A DNA stretch of 29,784 nucleotides from an uncultured Nitrososphaeraceae archaeon. Lineage in GTDB: Archaea > Thermoproteota > Nitrososphaeria > Nitrososphaerales > Nitrososphaeraceae. The stretch's first letter is position 1. Every line of letters begins with the position of its first letter. The DNA lies in NCBI GenBank assembly GCA_963779615.1, contig CAVZZA010000002.1, positions 1 to 29,784 on the forward strand. The letters run 5' to 3'. Below the pieces are notes generated by a model. It searched no databases. It was not told the origin of the DNA and worked only from the letters and a program-made list of their open reading frames with translations. Both the position numbers and the translations under genes were made by a program. Below, in pieces: positions 20,106-28,777 of the stretch.

Positions 20106-20702
20106 ATGAGTAATAATAATAACAAAATAATGAGAAAATTAAAACTACATGTAGGAATGTCCATTGATGGCTGTATAGCAGGACCCAACAATGAAATGGA
20201 CTGGATAGACTTTACTTGGGATGAAAAACTCAGAGAATATGAAGACAAGCTGCACGAACCAGTTGATACCATTCTCCTGGGAAGGAAAATGACTGATGAA
20301 TTTATCGCAACCTGGTCTAATTTTGTGAAAAAACCCGATGACCCCTGGAATGCATTCGCTAAAAAAATGATGGAAACACCAAAAATTGTCTTTACTAAGA
20401 CGCTCAATAAATCAGAGTGGCCAAATACTGAAATTGCAACAGGTGGCCTCAAAGATGAAATTACAAAGTTAAAGAGTCAAGAAGGTGGTGATATCATAGT
20501 TTATGGTGGTGCCTCATTCGATTCTTCCTTGATTAAAGAAAACTTAATCGACGAATTTTATTTATTTGTTAATCCTGTAGCAATTGGGAATGGAAAGACC
20601 ATTTTTAAGGACCTAAAAGAGATCCGTAAACTATCTCTTGTTGAATCTATAGCGTTTGACTCTGGAACAGTTTTGCTCCACTATGAAGTAAAGAGAAATT
20701 GA
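20106..20702 (+). CDS. Dihydrofolate reductase-like (RibD C-terminal) protein
   Basis: MRKLKLHVGMSIDGCIAGPNNEMDW, ILLGRK, IIVYGGASFDSSLIKENLIDEF, IGNGKTIF. Confidence 0.93.
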   Translation: MSNNNNKIMRKLKLHVGMSIDGCIAGPNNEMDWIDFTWDEKLREYEDKLHEPVDTILLGRKMTDEFIATWSNFVKKPDDPWNAFAKKMMETPKIVFTKTLNKSEWPNTEIATGGLKDEITKLKSQEGGDIIVYGGASFDSSLIKENLIDEFYLFVNPVAIGNGKTIFKDLKEIRKLSLVESIAFDSGTVLLHYEVKRN

Positions 20703-20783
20703 AGGTAGACATCTGAGTAAAAAAGAAAGGAATTGATTATTTCTTATATTTTATTTCCCTTTTTTTGACATATACCATCAACT

Positions 20784-20835
20784 GTCATGGATTATATATG
20801 CAATCTTGAATCACATCCCCATGGGTTCGAACCCG
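20784..20835 (+). repeat. Type A att-like site (right flank of DHFR cassette)
   Basis: GTCATGGATTATATATGCAATCTTGAATCACATCCCCATGGGTTCGAACCCG. Confidence 0.8.
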
Positions 20836-20870
20836 TATATAAAAAAATTAAAATAGTTGTTTACAAGTAT

Positions 20871-20965
20871 TTGACCTGTAAATTATAGGCAAATATGACC
20901 TGCATCCGACCCGGCCCATGTAAACATTATATATTCTTATGTAATTAATTACAATTATTTCAATA
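20871..20965 (+). repeat. Type B att-like site
   Basis: TTATAGGCAAAT arm starts 21 nt before ATCCGACCCGGCCCAT (20904-20919); diverged tail. Confidence 0.88.
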
Positions 20966-21180
20966 TTTTTTGACATCATCATTATATTTTGTAAAAATAT
21001 GAAACAATTTGAATGTTCCTTATATGTTGACAAGAACATGACTGATGATTAAGAAAATAGGGTGGTGGATATTCCTATCTTTTATATAAAACTCCCTTTT
21101 GTGTTTTCATTATTGTTTATCTTTATCTTTTGGTAGGAAAATGACAGCATAGTAATATAATAACATAATTTTTGTATAAT

Positions 21181-21229
21181 GTTATTTGTTTTTTTTTGTT
21201 TTTTTTTGTTTTTTTTTGTTTTTTTTGTT
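21181..21229. repeat. Simple sequence repeat (G followed by ~9 T, about 4 units)
   Basis: Directly visible T-tract with ~10-bp period. Confidence 0.85.
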
Positions 21230-21300
21230 AGTTTTAAGAAACACGTGTAAAGAAATTGTATCTTGCTTGCTCAAGTGTTATCAAATAAATACAGAATATT

Positions 21301-22236
21301 CTAAATTTCTTGGCATTGATTGTTGTTGTTATTCTTTATCAAATCCAAAGCCAACAATGCACTGTTTTCTTTGTCTTTTATCTCCAACATTATGTCTGCG
21401 GCAGCCATGGGTTTCTTCTTGGAAGATTTTACTAATTCTTTATAATATGAAATAAAATGATTTTTGTCAATAGTTTTTGTATGTTTCCCTTTTCTTTCAC
21501 CTATGCTTTGGCTACTGTAGTCCATGATAGGATCGCCATCCAAAACATATTTCCATGTGTTGGTTGCGGATGTTAATGCTTCTTGTACGGTCTCGTTGTT
21601 GTTTAGACACTCATGATGGAGAGTGTCAAAAACAATTGGAATGCCTGTCTCAAAGCTAATATCCATACAATCTTTTAAAGCATATGATCTGTCGTCATTT
21701 TCAATTATGATTCTCTTTTTCAGGTTCTCTTCCAATTTCATAAAGGTTTTTATGAATCGTTCCTTTGATGTTCTTTTATCTTCATAAACTCCTCCAATAT
21801 GAATTTGAATTTTTGCATTGTGTGTTAAATTCATGCTCTCCAATACTTTAGAATGATATTGTAATTCTCTAACACTATTTTCAATTATTTTTTCATTTTT
21901 TGAATTGAGAATAACAAATTGATCTGGATGCATTGATATTCGCATGTTATTTTTCTTTATGAATTCGCCAATTTCGTTTAATTCTGTTTTAAATATGTAA
22001 TCCCAATCAATGTTGCATATTGGGTGAGATGCAAAAGGTATTATGCCTGAACTTAATCTAAAAAACAAAATATTATTGTTTAAATTAAATTTTAATATCT
22101 TTGATAGATGGTTAAGGTTGTTTTTTACAGTTTCATTAAACCTTTTTTCGGAAAATGATTTTAATCTAAATGTTGAAGAATAAGGGTTTTTTAAAGTTAA
22201 ATTTATGCAAGGATAGCCTATTTTCAACAACGTCAA
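21301..22236 (-). CDS. uvsE: UV DNA damage repair endonuclease UvsE/UvdE
   Basis: KIGYPCIN, FFRLSSGIIPFASHP, RISMHPDQFVILNS, IHIGGVY, IENDD, VFDTLHH, DIMLEIKDKE. Confidence 0.96.
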   Translation of the reverse strand: MTLLKIGYPCINLTLKNPYSSTFRLKSFSEKRFNETVKNNLNHLSKILKFNLNNNILFFRLSSGIIPFASHPICNIDWDYIFKTELNEIGEFIKKNNMRISMHPDQFVILNSKNEKIIENSVRELQYHSKVLESMNLTHNAKIQIHIGGVYEDKRTSKERFIKTFMKLEENLKKRIIIENDDRSYALKDCMDISFETGIPIVFDTLHHECLNNNETVQEALTSATNTWKYVLDGDPIMDYSSQSIGERKGKHTKTIDKNHFISYYKELVKSSKKKPMAAADIMLEIKDKENSALLALDLIKNNNNNQCQEI

Positions 22237-22393
22237 CTCAAATTATATTTTTGAATTTATTATTATTATTTATATCCGATACTATCGATATTGCATAATT
22301 TATTAGAAGTCCACTCTGGATGAGATGGATGATTAATAGAATTCAAAAGTTAACCATTTATTCTTGATTTATTTCTCTATTTTATTATTTTAC

Positions 22394-22490
22394 TTAAAGT
22401 CTGGATTATGGGCATAGTTGGTCCGTATGTAACCCGGTCCATATATAATTGCAGTTTATTATCGAATTTATTGTAATTATTTGAATATTA
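22394..22490 (+). repeat. Type B att-like site
   Basis: TTATGGGCATAG arm starts 21 nt before ATGTAACCCGGTCCAT (22427-22442); tail TTTATTGTAATTATTTGAATA. Confidence 0.82.
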
Positions 22491-22831
22491 ACCGTTGTGG
22501 ACTTTATACCCGTAGGAATAGATCCAATTGATACTGCCTTCAACCGTACAACGGCTTTATGTATGTGGCAAACGGCGTTAGCAATACCATCTCAGTCATA
22601 TACAGCGCTACAAACACCGTTATAGACACAATTCATGTGGGAACACGGCCATTTGGCATTGCCTTCAACCCAGAGAACGGGTTTTTGTACGTGGCAAACT
22701 TTGGTGGCAACACCGCCTCTGCGATAGCTCCACTCACAACCACATTTTCGGAAGGGTGCAACGGCACAGTAGGCAAAGCAGGCCAGGCAGCCGCATGCAC
22801 AGTAACCAGCGCCTGTGGAAGGCTCGCTTAG
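22491..22831 (+). pseudogene. YVTN/YncE beta-propeller repeat protein fragment
   Basis: TVVDFIPVG..P...AFN / YVANGVSNTISVI...TVIDTIHVGTRPFGIAFNPENGFLYVAN; lacks 5' end. Confidence 0.8.
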
Positions 22832-23087
22832 CGTATTTTTTCACAGCCATGCCTTCCCATGCAGTTCATAAGCCCCTTATTTTTCAGTCAGTCTTGTAAC
22901 CAAGACTTGGCTCACATACAGAATCTGGATCCACACTTTCATCTGGCCTTGATATGAACAGTCTTGTGGTCGGGCCAGGCAGCCACTTCCCCCGCTGCTA
23001 GGAGCCATACCATTGAACAAAATCTATTTTCGGGCCGCTTTAACGTCGACAACGTCCTAAGGGATTAAGGGTTTTGGGTTGTTGTGG

Positions 23088-23355
23088 TTAACGCCCTGCC
23101 GCAAGGACAGCCCTAAACCGTGCCCTGCCACCCAACATTAGGGCGTAGGCTTGTGCTGCTGCACGCTCCAGGGAAAAATCCTCATTCATGGGCCTCACCA
23201 GGAAGCATGCTGAAGGCGAGCGTGCCTTGAGTCCAGGGATGGACTGCCAGTCCAGCCCGCCAGCCAAGGAGTCAAACGGTTGTGCCATGAAGAGTGACTC
23301 AGAGTGACTCATTTGCTACCGGCAAATCTTCTGCCTCCCTCATCCTGATGTCCAT
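23088..23355 (-). pseudogene. Hypothetical ORF frameshifted by a 10-bp tandem duplication
   Basis: AGAGTGACTC x2 at 23291-23310; removing one copy gives an 85-aa ORF MDIRMREAEDLPVANESLFMAQ... Confidence 0.35.
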
Positions 23356-23494
23356 GCCGCGTTACACCAATCTGTGGCGTATCTTCGGTTTACCTCTCAT
23401 GTGGCTTCATAAGCGCCTATAAATGTCTATATAGTCTATATAGTCTATATGGTGAGGTTATATAAGCAGTTTGGCATATGAGTATATGACATAG

Positions 23495-24112
23495 TTGAGA
23501 AGATCGCCATACTACTGCCCGGCTTGTGATACAACGATGGGAAGAAGGTCTAATGCCCTGCGACACCTTGAAGACGTACACCACAACAAGGGGGTGCTAT
23601 ACGACAGGTCAAAAAATCCTGTGGACACTACAGCCAAGGCTGCTGTGCCGATTTGGTTGGATAAGAAACCCCGGCTTGATGGCGGCAGTCTTCAGGGTGC
23701 AGAAGGAAGCCCAGGCAATGATGGCGTGATGCCTGGCCACCAAACTGCCATCAGGGAAGGCAATGCTGGTGGCGGCAAGAGTGAGGATGAGGTTTACTTT
23801 GGCCGTATAGGGGAGCTTGGTTTGCCATTGGATGAGCTGGATGCCCTGCTGTCTGACCACTTTCCACATGTGAAGGGGAAGGTACTCGGAATGGTGATGT
23901 TGGAGGCTTTTGCATCTCAAAACCCAGTCAAGTCTTTTAGGGAAAGCCTGTCCCTGTGCAAGAGCATATCATGCTCAAACAGGATTGTGGACTGCATCTC
24001 GACCTATTGCAGCATACCCAAGCCTGTGGCAAACAGCCTTGTTAGAAACTCGGTTTTGGGTAACGCAAAGCCAAAGTGGGGCGACAGTGTGAAACACCGA
24101 TCTCCCGGATGA
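23495..24112 (+). CDS. Protein with N-terminal C2H2-type zinc finger
   Basis: YYCPACDTTMGRRSNALRHLEDVH. Confidence 0.75.
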   Translation: MRRSPYYCPACDTTMGRRSNALRHLEDVHHNKGVLYDRSKNPVDTTAKAAVPIWLDKKPRLDGGSLQGAEGSPGNDGVMPGHQTAIREGNAGGGKSEDEVYFGRIGELGLPLDELDALLSDHFPHVKGKVLGMVMLEAFASQNPVKSFRESLSLCKSISCSNRIVDCISTYCSIPKPVANSLVRNSVLGNAKPKWGDSVKHRSPG

Positions 24113-24729
24113 AAACGGCAGTTGTAGCTGATGGTTATGCATAAGCATTGCAGTCAAAGCATGGGGTGCAACAGCTGCAGTTGTTGCGCCACTTGGCAGC
24201 TGCCCACTATCACCAAGGGATGTTGATCCATGTGCCAGATCAAATTGGCATGGATCGGGATAGGAATAAGCTGATCATGCAGTTTCAGTCCGTACCTTCT
24301 AATGAATTCTCACCCAGCCAAATGCTGTACCATGCTACCCTAGCATTCTTGGATGTTTCAAATATGGCGACAGGGGGGCATGAGCTGTTACCCTTGATCA
24401 ACCGCTTAAACCGCTTTCCGATTGCATAAATACATCTAATTGATGGAACTTCTGTCCATTCGGCTTGTTGCCAAATCTTTCTCCATCGCACCAATCCTTT
24501 TGTGTCGATTGTCTGAAAAACTTCTAAACTAATGCGAGGTCAAGCAATAAGCTAGTTCAGACAACAAGTGTCGTCTTTCAGAATGTTGCCGGGAGGCCAA
24601 TAGTTGACAGCCGATTGAGGGCAAAGGACAATGCTGCAGACGGGTTCAATGACCCGAGCAAAAACACTCAGCAGCAGCAGCAGCAGCAGCCGTAGTCTGC
24701 CTGTGTGTGTTCCTGCATTCCAAGTCAAC

Positions 24730-25351
24730 CCATTATCACACCAACCGGCAACCTTCTGGTCACAAAGAGCTTCCCTGTCCTAGTGGATTTGCCGGCCCAC
24801 CTACATCAGAATTTACAATGCGTGTAACGCGTGCAACCAGGCAACCGAAACCCCAATCCCCAGTTCTTTCCCAGGCTCTGACAGCGGCACCACGATTAAG
24901 TTCGATGTCGGTAGATACAACATCACCGAGGACTTTGAGGACAACGCATCGTCGCAGCTAAAGGTTATGAAACATTGCCGAAGGCTGCAACGGCATCATC
25001 GAAACAGCCGGTAAGGCAGGATATGCAACGTAACAAACGAATTTGTGGTAAAGGATTACCTGTTTTTGAGCAAGTGGGGATCCCATTGGCTCCGCCGACG
25101 GCCAGCTCAATCGTCCGTTTGGCTTTGCCGTGAACCCGTCAACATGCAGCGTGTATGTGGTAGATACCAGCAACAACCGAATCCAGGTGTTCGACATCAC
25201 TGGCAACTTCATAGCGAAATGGGGATCCTTTGGTACCGGCAACGGCCAGTTTATGTTTCCAGTAGAAGTGGCCGTTAATCCCGCAACAGGCAACGTGTAT
25301 GTGGCTGACTCCCGCAACAACAGAATCCAAGTGTTTTTCCTGAACCCCTGA
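24730..25351 (+). pseudogene. Degraded surface protein: beta-sandwich domain plus NHL repeats
   Basis: Multi-frame NPNPSSFPGSDSGTT...YNITE...EGCNGII; then KWGS/GSADGQLNRPFG..VYVVDTSNNRIQVFD...KWGSFGTGNGQFMFP..VYVADSRNNRIQVF. Confidence 0.8.
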
Positions 25352-25955
25352 CCTGCCACTTGCCAAACCGGGAACACGTTATAGAAGGCTGGCAAACAGT
25401 AGCCACCGCCTGTCAGTCAATACAAACCTATTTTTTTGGCAGATAGGATGGCTTTGTTGATATTCCACGATCATAATTGCCCTTGGTACCCGCATTTGAA
25501 CAGGTCTTTATCCCTATGAGGCAATAATGAATCCGGCACCAGCAGATCACTCCGGGGTCAAGACTTTACCATATTCTTTGTTGCTCTATGCAGACCAAGA
25601 ATCCCTCTTGCATGTTGCTGTAGACGCAACATTCGAAATCATGCAATAAATTGAGCATGCCTACAAATGGTACAGGTTATAAGCCATACTACTTTGTTAA
25701 TCCTCATTGAGCGATAGCGGTTCTTCCTCTGACTCTCCAGCACCTAAATCAAGGACAGCGTGATCTTTAGGCTCCTACGGCCACCTTGCCCTGTTTATCC
25801 TCCTTGTTTCTGCCCACCTTGTCCGGTTGTGCGGTGTCTCCCCTAATGACAAGACTTTTGCACCTTTCAAAGACTTTTTAATAATTAACATATTGACGTA
25901 GAAAAAGCATATTAAAATTGATAAACTTTAAAATTATCATCACCTAATAAAACAA

Positions 25956-26003
25956 TAGAATCCTTTTTAAGAACCCGTATCATCACCAATCCCACTAGAC
26001 CCA
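25956..26003 (+). repeat. Degenerate att-like site
   Basis: TAGAATCCTTTTTAAGAACCCGTATCATCACCAATCCCACTAGACCCA aligns with 18843-18891. Confidence 0.65.
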
Positions 26004-26133
26004 TTTTTGAACTATTTTAACATTTAACTGTTTTTTCTTTGATAATTAATTAAAACTCAAAGTTGTCCGTTAACAATAAGAATCTGGCCTATACATTAAA
26101 AAAATCGTATTATTCTTTTCATTAAATCAAATT

Positions 26134-26171
26134 TTGGATTACAGGCATATAAATGGCTTGTAAACGACCCG
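26134..26171 (+). repeat. Degenerate type B att-like site
   Basis: GGATTACAGGCATATAAATGGCTTGTAAACGACCCG, most similar to 28514-28553. Confidence 0.65.
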
Positions 26172-26523
26172 AAAAAAACAATTGCTCCATTCATAAATTA
26201 AAGTTGTAATTACTACAAAGATCGCACCTAACAGCAATAATCTCTTTTTTGAAGATCATTCATTTGATTATGGCGTGCTATTAAAACCACTGTTCTAAAA
26301 GTCATGTCTTATAATTATTATTATGACATTAAGAATATTATTTCCTTAATGGAATCAAGATGTTGTTTGAGAATTAAGCCCATTATAACAAGTGATAATG
26401 GTGAGTTGAAATTGGAAAAAATCAATTTGTTTTCGGGACCTCCAAAGTCGGAAAACCTCAAATTCTAAGAGATATACGCGATAAAATGCCAGTTAAAAAT
26501 AAATTGGTCATTTTCTGATTCCT

Positions 26524-28029
26524 GTGTATTGGAAAAATAATTTCTTAAAAATGAAATTGGATTATTGTCTTGTTTTTTTGGTTATTTTTGCCGCAGGATT
26601 TGTTCATTCCATGTCATGGTTATCAATACCCTGTTTTTGTGGGAAAGCTTATGGACTTGCCGATAATATCAAACTAGCAACAAATTCAACCATAAGTCAA
26701 CCAAAAATTGCAAGTTTTGGCGCATGGACATCAAATCAATTTCCTCTAGAGTCTCTTCCAAACCGCAATGACAAAATAATGGCTATGGACTTGCTGTTAA
26801 AACAGGGATACAAAGAATATTATTTTGTGCTCAAAGATTACAAATCCGAATCAAAACAATCTCAAACTGCCAGTCTTTTGGGTGCCGCCGACAATACAAC
26901 TTTGAGGATGATTCCAATATTGTTGCCCCCTTCCGAAGGTGGAGAAAATGGCAATTATGATTGGGAGGGGTGGATAAAGTATCTCAATCTGCTAAAGTCA
27001 AGTCACCCTTCCCTTTATGGTTTTGTGATAGATGACTTTAATTGGTTTGGCACCAGTGAAGGCAAGGATAAAAAAGATGACGGTCTTGATGGAAAGCAAA
27101 AGATACAAGAAAACGTCAAATTTATGATAGAGTCAAAACTAGATAGGGCGCTACAACACAAAAGAAATGATTTGAATTTTTTTCCTGTTGTTTACCTTGA
27201 GGGACTGGGCACAAATGATGTCAAAAAATATTTTTATGATTATTCTGATGGCATTGTTTTGGCTAGCTCAAACTATTACAGTGTGGCTGATCTTCAGCAT
27301 AATCTAGATACGTTTTCCAAAGTGTTCCATAAAAAGCCATTAAAGTTTGTACTGTACACTGCAAAAACATCCAATTTTGCTGAACAAGGATATGATCCAC
27401 CATCAGATCGATTGATCCTCGCCACATTGTCAATAGCAAACAAAACTAAAGGGATTGATGAGATAGTGATATGGCGTAACACAAATAGCCATGTGATTCG
27501 AGATTACTTGTCTAACATTAACGATAAACAGTTTCTGTCATTTGTTTCGTTGATGGAAAAGCTGCAGTTAAAGGATGAAACCCAATCCAACGCACCCGAA
27601 TTGTCGTCCCATATACTGTCAAGTCAAAAAAGCAAAAGTGAAAATCATGAGGGTAACAATTCAGGAGTCTATTTGGCATCTTCAACTCCATGGCTGGGTG
27701 TTTTTGTAACTGACTTGTCGCCATCAATATCGGAAGAAATGGGGTTACCTGAACATACTAAAGGGATATTCATTCAATCTGTTGTTTCCAATAGTCCAGC
27801 TGAGAGGGCGGGATTAAACGGTGCTATTTTAGATGTGGATAGCAATGGATATCTAACAAGAAAAGGGGATGTAATAATATCCGCAGACGGAAAAGAAATA
27901 GGAAAACCAAGTGATCTCACAAAACAAGTCGGGGCAAAAAAACCTGGCGATCTGCTAACGCTTGGAATAAACATAAATGGTAATGTGTTATTTAAAGCAG
28001 TAAGGCTAGGGTCATTGCCTGGTTATTGA
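26524..28029 (+). CDS. Secreted protein with putative TIM-barrel/glycoside-hydrolase-like domain and C-terminal PDZ domain
   Basis: Signal peptide (likely start ATG 26551); YGFVIDDFNW; PWLGV...GIFIQSVVSNSPAERAGL...GDVIISADG PDZ signature. Confidence 0.85.
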   Translation: MYWKNNFLKMKLDYCLVFLVIFAAGFVHSMSWLSIPCFCGKAYGLADNIKLATNSTISQPKIASFGAWTSNQFPLESLPNRNDKIMAMDLLLKQGYKEYYFVLKDYKSESKQSQTASLLGAADNTTLRMIPILLPPSEGGENGNYDWEGWIKYLNLLKSSHPSLYGFVIDDFNWFGTSEGKDKKDDGLDGKQKIQENVKFMIESKLDRALQHKRNDLNFFPVVYLEGLGTNDVKKYFYDYSDGIVLASSNYYSVADLQHNLDTFSKVFHKKPLKFVLYTAKTSNFAEQGYDPPSDRLILATLSIANKTKGIDEIVIWRNTNSHVIRDYLSNINDKQFLSFVSLMEKLQLKDETQSNAPELSSHILSSQKSKSENHEGNNSGVYLASSTPWLGVFVTDLSPSISEEMGLPEHTKGIFIQSVVSNSPAERAGLNGAILDVDSNGYLTRKGDVIISADGKEIGKPSDLTKQVGAKKPGDLLTLGININGNVLFKAVRLGSLPGY

Positions 28030-28113
28030 TGTTGTAAATATTTTACTAAAAAAGGATACTCCTTATGGTTGGCTCCCACAATGCCTGTCCTGCGAAGATG
28101 GATTCTATTTATC

Positions 28114-28488
28114 TAGAGCCTATATGAATTCTTCAGATTAATGTTTGTCTTTGAAAGAAGTATGGTTTTGGCGGAACGTTTTATCCCTTCTCGTTGACAA
28201 ATAAGTATGGCAAGTATTCGGTTTTAACAACGGATGACGGTGACCAAGGCTCGAGGGCATCCTGCCCAAGCCTGTAGTTGATAAGTAGATCATCGCATTC
28301 ATTCTCCATTTGAGAAAAGCCTGATAGGGAGAAAGACTGATGCATCAAAGATAGGGCCAAAAGGGGTTTAACGATTATTATTTTCCATGGTGGACAAGGA
28401 ACTGCAAACTAAAGCATGCAAAAAACCGGGTTCACCTGTTTGTAGATCACCATGACAAAGAGATAAAAGTGCTTAAATGAACAGAGCC
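28114..28488 (+). mobile_element. IS6-family remnant (degraded transposase 3' part and right end)
   Basis: ERSMVLAERF, KYGK, HRIHSPFEKSLI, NCKLKH; end AAATGAACAGAGCC matches the 11597-11610 end. Confidence 0.75.
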
Positions 28489-28503
28489 GGATTGTTATTG
28501 TAG

Positions 28504-28553
28504 TTAAACTGCAGGTTACAGGCACAAATGGCCCGCAAACAGATCCGACCCAT
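28504..28553 (+). repeat. Type B att-like site upstream of second integrase remnant
   Basis: TTAAACTGCAGGTTACAGGCACAAATGGCCCGCAAACAGATCCGACCCAT; arm nearly identical to 15894-15914. Confidence 0.75.
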
Positions 28554-28601
28554 TGAAAATTTGATTATATTTATAGGCTCAGAGCCAACAATAGTAAGGA
28601 A

Positions 28602-28777
28602 GTGTCTGAAATGCAGGCTACGACAGGAATTGAAAACTTGGATATCGGAGAAGAAGGAGAAAAAGAAAATGATGATATCGCTAGAGAAGATGATTATGCT
28701 GATCCTATCGCCAATTTTTTAATTGTGTTAAAGGCCTCTGAAACAAAGAGGCAATATCCTAAAAGATTGGATGTTTT
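28602..28777 (+). pseudogene. Tyrosine integrase 5' end, interrupted by IS
   Basis: DPIANFLIVLKASETKRQYPKRLDVF is homologous to LKAPETKRQYPKRLEVF of 18983-19488; IS IR follows immediately. Confidence 0.78.

Noticed and set aside
19931-20452. Antisense or alternate-frame ORFs (e.g. 1045-1281, 4343-4654, 5013-5216, 14072-14416, 18031-18372, 19931-20452, 24958-25395)
   Set aside because: They are shadows of better-supported genes or pseudogenes on the other strand or frame.
24148-24494. Short ORFs on both strands
   Set aside because: No recognisable motif, and the coding strand cannot be decided.
24669-24690. (CAG)7 microsatellite as a functional element
   Set aside because: Short slippage tract within decayed surface-protein sequence; no evidence of function.
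11185-28488. Two IS6 remnants as halves of one element or a composite transposon
   Set aside because: Both cover the ERxxxxAERF region, differ in sequence and decay level, and their surviving ends point the same way.
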